A stretch of 64,000 nucleotides of DNA from Candidatus Roizmanbacteria bacterium CG_4_9_14_0_2_um_filter_38_17 (GCA_002788855.1 PFSB01000013.1:21608-85607), one strand, 5' to 3'. Shown: positions 38,367 through 48,340, counted from the first letter of the stretch. Translations and numbers: made by a program. Notes: a model not told the origin generated them from the sequence alone.

Positions 38367-38400
38367 GTAAGGTTAAGCCTTACTTGAAGCCTTACTTGAG
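38367..38400. repeat. Degenerate copy C of the gtaagg(c/t)taagccttac palindrome plus a partial tandem duplication (gaagccttacttga)
   Basis: Read directly. Confidence 0.5.
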
Positions 38401-38462
38401 TTTTATCAACACACCCTAGTTCCCTCTTGATCTTACTTACTTAACCCTGTTATAGTGGATAC

Positions 38463-40790
38463 ATGGCACATTCTCCATATGTTGTTTGGTTTGATGAAGT
38501 AGATAAAGGAGACATTAATTCTGTAGGTGGAAAAGGAGCTAACTTAGGCGAAATGACCAAAGCGGGTATTCCTGTTCCCACAGGTTTTATAGTTACCGCA
38601 CAGGCATATTTTAAGTTTATCAAAGATGCAGGGATTAAAGAGGAGATAACTCACGAGTTAAAAAAGATTAACATCAATAACTCAAAAATCTTACAAAGTG
38701 GAGCAAAAAAAATAAGAGATATTATTAAAAAGGCAGACATACCAGAGGAAATAGTAAAGGATATATTTACTCATTACCACAAACTTCCTAAGCATCTAGG
38801 AAAGCGCAAGCTAACATTTAAAAGACTGGCAAAACAGTTGAAAGAGCCATTAGTAGCAGTAAGATCATCAGCCACGGCTGAAGACTTACCAGGAGCCTCA
38901 TTTGCTGGTCAGCAAGAAACTTTTCTTAATGTGCAAGGAGACGCTAACCTAATATACACAGTAAGAAAAGCTTGGGCTTCTTTATTCACGGCTCGTGCCA
39001 TTTTTTATAGAGAGGAAAAAAAGTTTGACCATATGAAAGTAGGTATTGCTTTACCTGTGCAAAAAATGATCGAGTCTAAGACTTCTGGAATTATGTTTAC
39101 TCTTGACCCTATTACTAATAATAAAGAGCACGTTGTGATTGAGGCAATATATGGCTTGGGCGAGTTAATCGTGCAGGGAGCAGTTACTCCAGATCACTAT
39201 ATTATAAATAAAACTAACTTAGACATTATTGCTAAACACCTTGGAATACAAGAAGAAAAAATGGTTTTGAAAGGAAATAATAATGTTATTCAAAAATTAA
39301 AGAGTAGTGAAGGTGGTAAGCAAAAGATAACTGATGCCCAAATTAAAGCCATTGCCAAATATGGTAAAGAGCTGGAAAAGCATTATTATTTTCCTCAGGA
39401 TGTTGAATGGGCTATTGAAGATGATCTAGTATTTATCTTACAAACCAGACCTGTAACTACATCTGGAGGTAAAAAACAAAAGGATAATTCAACATCTCTA
39501 GATGGTCTTAAAGAGTTATTAAGTGGTAGCCCAGCTTCTCCAGGTATTGGCTCGGGTAGAGTTGTAATTATTAAAGAGGCCAGTGAAATTAATAAAGTTA
39601 AGTCAGGAGATGTCCTTGTTTCAGAAATGACAGACCCAGACTTTGTTCCTGCAATGAGAAGAGCAAGTGGCGTAATTACAGATAAAGGTGGACGTACATC
39701 ACATGCTGCAATTGTATCTAGGGAATTAGGAATTCCTGCAGTTGTTGGTACAAAGAATGCAACAAAAGAATTACATAATAACTTAACAGTGACTGTTGAC
39801 GGGAGCACTGGCAAGGTGTATGAGGGCTCACCAGTAAGAGGAAAGATAGACTTATCTACTAAAGAAGTACGCCCAACTATGAAAATAAAGACAGCTACTC
39901 ATGTCTACTGTAATCTGGCTACACCAGATAGAGTTGATGAAGTTGCTAACATGAACGTAGATGGAATCGGGCTACTAAGAGCTGAGTTTATGATTGCGAG
40001 CATAGGATATCATCCAAAATACTTGATCGAGCAAAAAAAGACAAAGTTATTTATAGATAAAATGACCGAGCAAATAAGCGAGTTTTGTAAACACTTTGGT
40101 CCAGATAGACCTGTTGTATATAGAGCTACTGACTTTAAAAGCAATGAATATCATAATCTTAAAGGTGGTAGTTCTTATGAAGCAAAAGAGGAAAACCCAA
40201 TGTTAGGATTTAGGGGGGCATACAGGTATATATCTGATCCAAAAGTATTTCAACTTGAATTGAAGGTTATTAGAAACCTCAGGGATAAACTAGGGTATAG
40301 GAACTTGTGGTTAATGATTCCATTTGTTAGAACAGTTGAAGAATTGAAACTTGTTAAAAGGTTGATACAGGAAGCGGGTCTACATAGATCTGGATCCTTT
40401 AAGCTATGGATGATGGTAGAACTACCTTCAAATGTAATACTTATTGAAGATTTTATAGAGGCAGGAATTGATGGTGTATCGATTGGTTCCAATGATTTAA
40501 CTCAACTAACCCTTGGTGTCGATCGTGATTCAGAAAAAGTAAGCAAGGAGTTTAATGAGCTAAACGGTGCAGTACTTTGGTCAATAGAGAGAGTTATTAA
40601 AGCTGCAGCAAAACACAAAATTACAGCTTCAATTTGCGGACAAGCAGCTAGTGACTATCCAGATTTAATTGAAAAGTTAGTTGAGTGGGGAACGACGTCT
40701 GTTTCAGTTAATCCAGATGCAGTTGACCAAACTAGAGAGCTGATTTATCAATGCGAAAATAGATTAATTTTAAAAAAAAGTAGAAGTTGA
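38463..40790 (+). CDS. ppsA: Phosphoenolpyruvate synthase (pyruvate, water dikinase)
   Basis: N-terminal ATP-grasp PPDK_N, phosphohistidine domain GGRTSHAAIVSRELGIPAVVG, C-terminal PEP-utilising TIM barrel; 775 aa; promoter TTGATC-18-TATAGT 7 nt upstream. Confidence 0.85.
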   Translation: MAHSPYVVWFDEVDKGDINSVGGKGANLGEMTKAGIPVPTGFIVTAQAYFKFIKDAGIKEEITHELKKININNSKILQSGAKKIRDIIKKADIPEEIVKDIFTHYHKLPKHLGKRKLTFKRLAKQLKEPLVAVRSSATAEDLPGASFAGQQETFLNVQGDANLIYTVRKAWASLFTARAIFYREEKKFDHMKVGIALPVQKMIESKTSGIMFTLDPITNNKEHVVIEAIYGLGELIVQGAVTPDHYIINKTNLDIIAKHLGIQEEKMVLKGNNNVIQKLKSSEGGKQKITDAQIKAIAKYGKELEKHYYFPQDVEWAIEDDLVFILQTRPVTTSGGKKQKDNSTSLDGLKELLSGSPASPGIGSGRVVIIKEASEINKVKSGDVLVSEMTDPDFVPAMRRASGVITDKGGRTSHAAIVSRELGIPAVVGTKNATKELHNNLTVTVDGSTGKVYEGSPVRGKIDLSTKEVRPTMKIKTATHVYCNLATPDRVDEVANMNVDGIGLLRAEFMIASIGYHPKYLIEQKKTKLFIDKMTEQISEFCKHFGPDRPVVYRATDFKSNEYHNLKGGSSYEAKEENPMLGFRGAYRYISDPKVFQLELKVIRNLRDKLGYRNLWLMIPFVRTVEELKLVKRLIQEAGLHRSGSFKLWMMVELPSNVILIEDFIEAGIDGVSIGSNDLTQLTLGVDRDSEKVSKEFNELNGAVLWSIERVIKAAAKHKITASICGQAASDYPDLIEKLVEWGTTSVSVNPDAVDQTRELIYQCENRLILKKSRS

Positions 40791-40826
40791 TTTTTAAGTC
40801 TAAACAATGTTACTATTTAATAAATT

Positions 40827-42590
40827 ATGCAGAGTAAAATAATTCCAGTTGTAGACAAAAAGTTAAGTTTCACTCCTAATCTTGTTAACTATGACGCTTC
40901 ACATTCAAAATTTTCTTATAAAGATTATGAAAATGAACTAGATTGGTTTGATAAAGATCATATAAATGCTGGCTACAACGCAATTGATCGCAATGCATTT
41001 GGACCGAGAAAAAACAAAGTAGCCTTATACTGGGAGGGAGCGAACGGTAGTGAAATGCAGTTTACCTTCCTACAGATGTCTTTAGCTTCAAATAGATTTG
41101 CCAATATGCTTAAAAGTTTGGGAGTTGACAAGGGAGATCGAGTTTTCTTATTTTTACCAAGGATTCCTGAATTATTCATTTCTTTTATTGGAACGCTAAA
41201 AAGAGGAGCCATTGCGGGAACGCTTTTTGCAGCATTTGGACCACAGGCACTACAGGATAGATTGAGTAATAGTGGAGCAAAAGTAGTGATAACTACGCCA
41301 GAACTTAAATCAAGAATCGATGGAATCCGAGACAAGCTACCAGAACTTGAGCATGTGATTGTAGTAGATGGGAAAACCCGCAGATCTTTTTGGGAAGAGA
41401 AATACATATCAACTAGGAAGTCTGACTCATACTATGATCTATTTACGACAGCTAGTGAAAAATTTGCACCGATGCATACTTCATTGGATGATCCTGCTTT
41501 TATGCTTTATACGTCTGGGACCACTGGTAAACCTAAAGGGGTTGTTCATAGACATTATGCAATAGTTCATGAGTATTTAACAGCTAAATGGGTACTTGAT
41601 CTAAAAGAAGATGATGTCTACTGGTGCACTGCGGATCCTGGTTGGGTTACTGGTATTGCATACGAAAACTTAGGCAACTGGGCTAATGGAGCATCCACAC
41701 TAATTTATGAGGGTAGATTTAGTCCTGAAAAGTGGTACTCACTAATTGAAGAGTATAAAGTTAATGTTTGGTATACAGCACCAACAGCTATAAGAATGTT
41801 AGCTGCGTCAGGAAAAGAGCTAGTAGATAAATATGATCTCTCAAGCCTTCGTCATCTATGTTCTGTTGGCGAGCCACTTAATCCCAAGGCGGTAAACTGG
41901 GGAAAAAAGGTGTTCGGGTATCCATTCCATGATAATTTTTGGCAGACTGAAACTGGAGGTATTGTAATCGCTAATTATCCATCTCTGCCAATTAAGCCAG
42001 GATCAATGGGTAAGCCAGTTCCAGGGGTATCCGCAAGTGTAGTGGATGATGAAGGAAAACCTGTACCAGTTGGAAAAGAGGGAGCATTAGTGTTGAAACC
42101 TGGTTGGGCTTCAATGATGCAAAAAATCTGGAAAAGACCAAAGAAATATGATAGTTACTTTAAAAATGGCTGGTATATTACCGGTGACCGAGCATTTATG
42201 GATGAGGATGGTTATTTCTGGTTTGTTGGGCGCGATGACGATGTTATAAAAACAGCGGGAGAGAGAGTCGGACCTTATGAGGTTGAGTCAGCGCTAGTCG
42301 AGCATGAAGCTGTTATTGAAGCTGGGGTTATAGGTATACCTGATGAAATGAGAGGGTCAATTATTAAAGCATTTGTTAAACTGAAACCTGGATATAAGGC
42401 AAGTGAAAAGTTAAAGGAGGACGTTGCTCAATATGTTAAAAAGCACCTGGCTGGACATGCTTATCCAAGAGAAATAGAATTTGTAGATAAATTGCCAAAG
42501 ACTAGATCAGGAAAGATTATGAGAAGAGTGCTAAAAGCAAGAGAACTAGGCCAGGAAGTAGGCGATACCTCTACGCTACAAGAATACTAA
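40827..42590 (+). CDS. acs: Acetyl-CoA synthetase-like AMP-forming acyl-CoA ligase
   Basis: AMP-binding YTSGTTGKPKGV; WCTADPGWVTG motif as in Acs; 587 aa. Confidence 0.75.
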   Translation: MQSKIIPVVDKKLSFTPNLVNYDASHSKFSYKDYENELDWFDKDHINAGYNAIDRNAFGPRKNKVALYWEGANGSEMQFTFLQMSLASNRFANMLKSLGVDKGDRVFLFLPRIPELFISFIGTLKRGAIAGTLFAAFGPQALQDRLSNSGAKVVITTPELKSRIDGIRDKLPELEHVIVVDGKTRRSFWEEKYISTRKSDSYYDLFTTASEKFAPMHTSLDDPAFMLYTSGTTGKPKGVVHRHYAIVHEYLTAKWVLDLKEDDVYWCTADPGWVTGIAYENLGNWANGASTLIYEGRFSPEKWYSLIEEYKVNVWYTAPTAIRMLAASGKELVDKYDLSSLRHLCSVGEPLNPKAVNWGKKVFGYPFHDNFWQTETGGIVIANYPSLPIKPGSMGKPVPGVSASVVDDEGKPVPVGKEGALVLKPGWASMMQKIWKRPKKYDSYFKNGWYITGDRAFMDEDGYFWFVGRDDDVIKTAGERVGPYEVESALVEHEAVIEAGVIGIPDEMRGSIIKAFVKLKPGYKASEKLKEDVAQYVKKHLAGHAYPREIEFVDKLPKTRSGKIMRRVLKARELGQEVGDTSTLQEY

Positions 42591-42598
42591 ATATACCC

Positions 42599-42627
42599 TT
42601 GACACTATCTGTATGATGATATATGAT
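42599..42627 (+). promoter_or_regulatory. Candidate promoter TTGACA-17-TATGAT ending 8 nt before the gap ATG (leaderless arrangement)
   Basis: Read directly. Confidence 0.3.
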
Positions 42628-42635
42628 TTGATCAT

Positions 42636-43631
42636 ATGCTGAGGCTTGGCATTAATGGAGTTGGAAGGATTGGTCGAGCAGTAACACGGCTTGCACTTTT
42701 ACGGGATGACCTACGGGTAGTTGCCATAAATAGTAAATCATCAGCAGATTCACATGCGTATTTACTTACATATGATTCTGTTCATGGAAGATTATCTAAG
42801 CGGGTAACAAGTAGTAAAAATAACATTATTATTGGAAATAAAATTATTAAGTGTTTTAGAGAAAATCAACCAAAGAATATCCCTTGGGGGCAAGAAAAAG
42901 TAGATATAGTCATAGAATCTAGCGGTGTTTTTAATGACAAGAATTCGGCGAGTGATCACTTAGGAAATAGTGTTAAAAAGGTTATTATTTCAGCACCATG
43001 CAACGATGCAGATAGGACTATAGTTATGGGTGTTAATGAGGAAGATTATGATCCTGATCAAGATCAGGTCATATCAAATGCGTCGTGTACAACTAACGCT
43101 CTTGCACCTATATGTAAAGTACTTGAAGAGAGTTTTGGTATTAATAAGGGAATGGCGACCACTATACACGCTGCAACTTCCACTCAATCAGTATTAGACA
43201 AATCAAGTAAAAAAGACTTTAGAAAAGGAAGATCAACTATGAATAATATAATTCCCTCAAGTACCGGTGCAGCTAAAGCCTTGGGTCAGGTTTTGCCTAA
43301 CCTTTCAGGTAAAATTGATGCCATGGCAATGAGAGTGCCAGTTCTTAATGGTTCAGTTGTAGATCTGAAGGTTGAGTTAAAAAAAAATGTAACAAAGGAT
43401 GAAGTACTATCTGCATTTACTAGCTCCAAAATGATTAATAATGGAATATTAGAGATTAGCTCCTCGCCACTTGTTTCACAGGATATTGTGGGGAACACAG
43501 CTTCATGTATAGTTGATAGTGAGTTTGTAAGCGTTATTGGAGGTAATTTAGTTACAGTTCTAGCTTGGTATGATAATGAAATGGGCTACTCAGCAAGGCT
43601 TTTAGACCTAGCAGCATACATAACTGCATGA
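42636..43631 (+). CDS. gap: Glyceraldehyde-3-phosphate dehydrogenase
   Basis: GINGVGRIGR and active-site SNASCTTN. Confidence 0.9.
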   Translation: MLRLGINGVGRIGRAVTRLALLRDDLRVVAINSKSSADSHAYLLTYDSVHGRLSKRVTSSKNNIIIGNKIIKCFRENQPKNIPWGQEKVDIVIESSGVFNDKNSASDHLGNSVKKVIISAPCNDADRTIVMGVNEEDYDPDQDQVISNASCTTNALAPICKVLEESFGINKGMATTIHAATSTQSVLDKSSKKDFRKGRSTMNNIIPSSTGAAKALGQVLPNLSGKIDAMAMRVPVLNGSVVDLKVELKKNVTKDEVLSAFTSSKMINNGILEISSSPLVSQDIVGNTASCIVDSEFVSVIGGNLVTVLAWYDNEMGYSARLLDLAAYITA

Positions 43632-44794
43632 TATTAAATTCAATTTATGATGTTGATTTTCGCAATAAAAAAGTTTTTCTGCGAGTCGATTATAACGTCT
43701 CCCTAAATTCGGATAATAGTATTAGTAATGACACTAGAATCACTCAGACTTTACCGACCATAAAATATCTGATAGATAAGGGTGCTGGTTTAGTTTTAGC
43801 TTCTCACTTGGGAAGACCTGGTGGAAAGGTTGATAAAAGATACAGTATGAGTGCTGTTGCTATTCGTTTAGGTGAGCATTTGGGTAAAAAGATAAGAGTT
43901 ATTCCAGATTACTGGAAAAGTAAAATAGTAGTTAAGCCAGGCGAAGTGGTTATGCTTGAAAACCTTCGTTTTCACAATGGAGAAGAGAGCAATGATCAAA
44001 AACTGGCTAAATATATTTCTAGTTTTGTGGATATCTATGTTAATGATGCCTTCGGCTCATCGCATAGAGCGCATATGTCTATAGTTGGAATCGCCAGTCA
44101 TCTTCCGGCATATGCTGGTTTATTACTTCAGAAAGAAATTACATTAATAGACAAACTTCTGAATAAAAGGAAAGGTTCTTTAACAGTTGTTATTGGTGGA
44201 GCTAAAACGCCTGAGAAAATAGGAGTTATAAATAACTTATTAACTAAAGCAGATACAATATTGTTGGGTGGAGCAGTAGCTAATACCTTTTTATCTACGT
44301 GGGGAATAAAAACTGGAGTTTCTCTAGTTGACCATGAGATGACAGAAATGGCAAGGCAAATTATGTGGAAAGCCACACAATCAAATGTTAAGTTAATATT
44401 ACCTGAGGATGTTGTAGTCTCTAATACAAAGCAAACTAGGGAGCCTGTAGAAATATCATATAAAGAAGTGCCAGGTCATTTAGCTATTTATGATATTGGA
44501 TCTAAAGCAAGAAAAAAATATGCAGATGAAATACTATCTTCTGATTCTGTTATCTGGAATGGGCCAATGGGATTATTTGAAAAACCACAGTTTATAGCAG
44601 GAACTAAGTCTGTGATGGATGCAATGGTTAAGTGCAAAGGGACAACTGTTATTGGAGGAGGGGATACTTTGACTGCTCTGCAGGACAAAAAACAACTCAA
44701 CCATATTACTCATATCTCCACAGGTGGAGGCGCGCTGCTTGAATATCTTGAAAAGGAATCGCTACCAGGGATAGATATTGTTAAAAATTCATAA
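43628..44794 (+). CDS. pgk: Phosphoglycerate kinase
   Basis: PGK family N- and C-domain motifs; 388 aa; overlaps the gap stop. Confidence 0.9.
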   Translation: MILNSIYDVDFRNKKVFLRVDYNVSLNSDNSISNDTRITQTLPTIKYLIDKGAGLVLASHLGRPGGKVDKRYSMSAVAIRLGEHLGKKIRVIPDYWKSKIVVKPGEVVMLENLRFHNGEESNDQKLAKYISSFVDIYVNDAFGSSHRAHMSIVGIASHLPAYAGLLLQKEITLIDKLLNKRKGSLTVVIGGAKTPEKIGVINNLLTKADTILLGGAVANTFLSTWGIKTGVSLVDHEMTEMARQIMWKATQSNVKLILPEDVVVSNTKQTREPVEISYKEVPGHLAIYDIGSKARKKYADEILSSDSVIWNGPMGLFEKPQFIAGTKSVMDAMVKCKGTTVIGGGDTLTALQDKKQLNHITHISTGGGALLEYLEKESLPGIDIVKNS

Positions 44795-44797
44795 GTA

Positions 44798-45646
44798 GTG
44801 GATAGACAAAGAATAACGATAACATTAAAGTCTGATTTACTTACAAAAGTGGATGAGAGTATAGACGGAACAACCATACGTAACCGGTCCCATGCTATCG
44901 AGTATTTATTAACAAAAGCAGTTGCCCCTCCAATTTCTCAGGCTGTTATTTTAGCAGGTGGGCTGGGCGTTAAAATGAGACCAGTTACCTATGAAATCCC
45001 TAAAGCTTTAATACCAGTTAAAGGCAAACCATTGCTTGAATATATGATTGAATCTTTGAGAGAAGCAGAAATAAGAGAGATTATATTAGCAATTGGACAT
45101 TTAGGTAGCAAAATTAAAGATCACTTTGGAAATGGCTCGAAATTTGGAGTCAAGATTACTTATAGTGAAGAGAATAGTAATCTAGGAACAGCTGGAGCCT
45201 TAGCTAATTGTTATAGCCTGCTTGAGCAGAAACCTTTTGTTATATTGCATGGTGACATTCTTGTAGACCTAAACTTTAGAGAGCTTATTTCTTTTCATCA
45301 AAATAATAAACGAAATGTTGCCACCTTGGTTATCACCACCAAATCTGATCCTACGTCATACGGTAATGTCCAATTAGTAGGAACTAAAATTGTTGAATTT
45401 ATTGAAAAACCCACTAAAAAACAGACATCTTCCCATTTAATTTCAGGTGGAGTTTATGTATGCGAACCTGAAATCTTTGACTTTATACCAGAAAAACACC
45501 CAGCAATGTTGGAGGACGTATTCCCACAGCTAGCGAAGCAAGGTAGGTTGTGTGGCTTTTTGTTTGCGGGAAAATGGTACGATGTTACTACTCCAAAAAA
45601 CTACGAAAAAGCCATTTCTAACTGGAAAATTAGTAGCTCCGAATAA
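44798..45646 (+). CDS. Fusion of an N-terminal ribbon-helix-helix (CopG/NikR-like) domain with a sugar-phosphate nucleotidyltransferase (RmlA/GlmU-like NTP_transferase); GTG start
   Basis: Residues 1-45 RITITLKSDLLTKVDE..NRSHAIEYLL = RHH; residues about 50-282 ILAGGLGVKMRPVTYEIPKALIPVKGKPLL = NTP_transferase signature; no internal start codon between the two domains. Confidence 0.6.
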   Translation: MDRQRITITLKSDLLTKVDESIDGTTIRNRSHAIEYLLTKAVAPPISQAVILAGGLGVKMRPVTYEIPKALIPVKGKPLLEYMIESLREAEIREIILAIGHLGSKIKDHFGNGSKFGVKITYSEENSNLGTAGALANCYSLLEQKPFVILHGDILVDLNFRELISFHQNNKRNVATLVITTKSDPTSYGNVQLVGTKIVEFIEKPTKKQTSSHLISGGVYVCEPEIFDFIPEKHPAMLEDVFPQLAKQGRLCGFLFAGKWYDVTTPKNYEKAISNWKISSSE

Positions 45647-46262
45647 CTAAAAGAGCTCTCCCATGTATTTGAACATTCTCCGTTAAAGTATTATTAATGG
45701 GGTTTATTGCAGATTCAAGTTTGTATGATTTTTCCTGTTGGTAAACTGTTCTTATGGTAGCAGTTCCATTGTTAATAACTACTAGATAAACTTTTCCATC
45801 TTCAACCACTTCGGTATATTGAAAGATTATAATGTCACCCGAGAGTAAGCCTTCTGAAATTAGCTGGGGTCCCCAAACTTCCAATGCATAACAGGTTTCT
45901 AGGTTAACTCCAGTTATTAATGAGCTAGATAGCTCAATAGACCCACGAGATGCGCCTCCTTCAACTAGTGGGGTGGTCCCTGTAATCTTACCAAGTACTT
46001 GGATAGTTATTGTTGAGGTACTTAGCTCATCTTCTTGGTTTAAAACAACCAAGCCACGTGTTACATTTCTCTGTTTTTGGATATAGCCTTTTTTTTCTAA
46101 TGCCTTAATATGGTTATGGATAGTTGCAGTAGAAGAAAGCTTAACAGCTTTACCTATCTCTTCGTATGTTGGTGCATAGTCGTTCTGGGAAATATAGCTC
46201 TTAATAAAATCTAAAACCTGTTTTTGGCGTGGAGTAAGAGTTTTTTTTGTTGCGCTCGGCAT
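45630..46262 (-). CDS. lexA: LexA-family repressor; the S24 catalytic dyad appears substituted (Ser->Gln, Lys->Arg by manual alignment)
   Basis: N-terminal winged HTH typical of LexA; C-terminal S24-like fold, but GPQL replaces GxSM and TIRTV replaces TVKRL; cotranscribed downstream of uvrB. Confidence 0.7.
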   Translation of the reverse strand: MPSATKKTLTPRQKQVLDFIKSYISQNDYAPTYEEIGKAVKLSSTATIHNHIKALEKKGYIQKQRNVTRGLVVLNQEDELSTSTITIQVLGKITGTTPLVEGGASRGSIELSSSLITGVNLETCYALEVWGPQLISEGLLSGDIIIFQYTEVVEDGKVYLVVINNGTATIRTVYQQEKSYKLESAINPINNTLTENVQIHGRALLVIRSY

Positions 46263-46291
46263 ACCGCTATGGTAGCAAATAAACTACGAAA

Positions 46292-48340
46292 TTACAAATT
46301 TTTCATACCGGAGATTTTATCTCTAAGAAAACTTGCCTCTTCAAAGTTTAGTTCTCGGGCGGCAGTTTTCATCATTTTTGTGAGCTCTTTAATATATTTG
46401 ATTTGCTCATTTGGTAGTAGTTGATTGTAGTCTTCGCGGATCATTACCTCTGCCTTCTGCTTTGAGTTTTTATCTTTTTTCGTTCTTTCGATAAGCTTAT
46501 CTCTAATTGGTTTACTGATACCAGTTGGAGTGATACCATTGTTTATGTTGTACTGCTTTTGTACTTTACGCCTGCGACTAACTTCATCAATAGCTTTTTT
46601 CATGGAATTTGTAACTTTGTCTGCGTACATAATAACGTGACCATTTTCGTGGCGTGCTGCTCTACCCATTGTCTGAATAAGGCTAGTTTCGGAGCGAAGA
46701 AATCCCTCTTTGTCCGCATCTAGTATCGCTACCAGCGAAACTTCGGGTAGGTCTAATCCTTCTCTTAGCAAATTAATTCCAACTAATACATCATAAGTTC
46801 CAAGTCTCAAGTCATCCAAGATGTCTTGTCTGTCTAGGGTATCTACATCAGAATGTAAATATTGAACCTTTAAATTGAGTTTTTCAGCCTCTTGGGCTAG
46901 ATCTTTATCTAGTCTTTGAAGTTCTTGATAATCACCAATAAATTTACTTAGGTCTTCGGCTATTTTTTTTGTAAAGGTGGTTACAAGAACTCTTTCTCCT
47001 TTTTGTTTTCGTATAAGAATCTCTGAGATTAGATCTCTGATCTGGTTCTTACTAGATCTTATTTCAATTTCAGGATCTAATAACCCAGTAGGTCGGACTA
47101 GTTGCTGAACGACCTGTTGCGAGAGGCTTTTTTCCCAGTCACTTGGGGTAGCTGATGTATAGATAGTCTGGTGTGTGCGCCGCAGGTATTCATCAAAACG
47201 AAGTGGTCTATTATCTATGGCAGCTGGTAAACGAAAACCATAATCTATAAGGGTTTTTTTTCTGGACATATCCCCCTTATACATACCTCTAATCTGGGGA
47301 ATGGTCATATGGCTTTCGTCTATAACCAAGAGCCAGTTATTTTTGTAGCGATAATTAAAGTAATCCATCAGAGAGTAGGGTGGCTCGCCTGGAGCTCTGC
47401 CGTCAAAATATCGTGAGTAGTTTTCGATACCATTAACATACCCAAGCTCATTGAGCATTTCTAAGTCAAAGTTAACTCGCTGATTAAGGCGTTGCGCTTC
47501 GATTAGTTTATTTTCGTTCTTAAATTTGTTTACTTGTTCATGAAGATCTCTTCTGATAACTTTGAATGTTTCTTTTTGTTGATCTGGGTCTGCAATGTAG
47601 TGTTTAGCAGGAAATAACTCAAACTCGTTTAACTCAGTTTCCTGCATGCCAGTGAGGGGATCTAGTTCGACAATCTTGTAGATTATATTTCCCTTGAGCT
47701 GAATCCTATAGGCAATGTCTGTGTAGGCAGGGTAAATATCTATGGAATCACCACGAACTCGAAAGGTACCTCTTACAAATTCATAACTTCCTCTACTGTA
47801 CTGAAGTTGAGTTAATTTAGAGAATAGGTCTATGCGATCAAGTTGATCTTTTACTTTAAGTTTAATGGCAAAATAGCCATATTTTTCGGGTGAGCCAATG
47901 TTATATATTGAGGAAACAGATGCAACAACTAATGTATCTGATCTGGTAAGAAGATTGGCAGTAGCTTTAAGCCTTAGCTTGTCTATCTCCTCATTTATAG
48001 CAGTCTCTTTTTCTATATATGTGTCTGAGTGAGGAATATATGCTTCAGGCTGGTAATAATCATAATAGGATACAAAATAGGAGATGGCATTCTCTGGAAA
48101 AAAATCCCTAAATTCTTGATATAGCTGACCAGCTAAAGTCTTGTTGTGAGAAATGACTAAAGTAGGTAGATTAAGCTTGTGAATTACATTGGCTACTGTA
48201 AAAGTCTTTCCACTACCTGTTACTCCCAGAAGAACCTGGTGCTTATGCTTGACTTTAATACCTTCTATTAGTTTATCTATTGCCTCTGGCTGATCACCAG
48301 TAGGCTTAAAGGATGATACTAGCTTAAATTTGTTCATCAA
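46292..48340 (-). CDS. uvrB: Excinuclease ABC subunit B
   Basis: Helicase motifs (GVTGSGKT), beta-hairpin region, C-terminal UVR domain; 682 aa. Confidence 0.95.
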   Translation of the reverse strand: MMNKFKLVSSFKPTGDQPEAIDKLIEGIKVKHKHQVLLGVTGSGKTFTVANVIHKLNLPTLVISHNKTLAGQLYQEFRDFFPENAISYFVSYYDYYQPEAYIPHSDTYIEKETAINEEIDKLRLKATANLLTRSDTLVVASVSSIYNIGSPEKYGYFAIKLKVKDQLDRIDLFSKLTQLQYSRGSYEFVRGTFRVRGDSIDIYPAYTDIAYRIQLKGNIIYKIVELDPLTGMQETELNEFELFPAKHYIADPDQQKETFKVIRRDLHEQVNKFKNENKLIEAQRLNQRVNFDLEMLNELGYVNGIENYSRYFDGRAPGEPPYSLMDYFNYRYKNNWLLVIDESHMTIPQIRGMYKGDMSRKKTLIDYGFRLPAAIDNRPLRFDEYLRRTHQTIYTSATPSDWEKSLSQQVVQQLVRPTGLLDPEIEIRSSKNQIRDLISEILIRKQKGERVLVTTFTKKIAEDLSKFIGDYQELQRLDKDLAQEAEKLNLKVQYLHSDVDTLDRQDILDDLRLGTYDVLVGINLLREGLDLPEVSLVAILDADKEGFLRSETSLIQTMGRAARHENGHVIMYADKVTNSMKKAIDEVSRRRKVQKQYNINNGITPTGISKPIRDKLIERTKKDKNSKQKAEVMIREDYNQLLPNEQIKYIKELTKMMKTAARELNFEEASFLRDKISGMKNL

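Noticed and set aside
45630-45646. Possible annotation conflict: 17-nt overlap of convergent lexA and RHH-NTase 3' ends
   Set aside because: Convergent 3' overlaps of this size occur in compact genomes. Neither ORF shows a frameshift signature, so both were kept.
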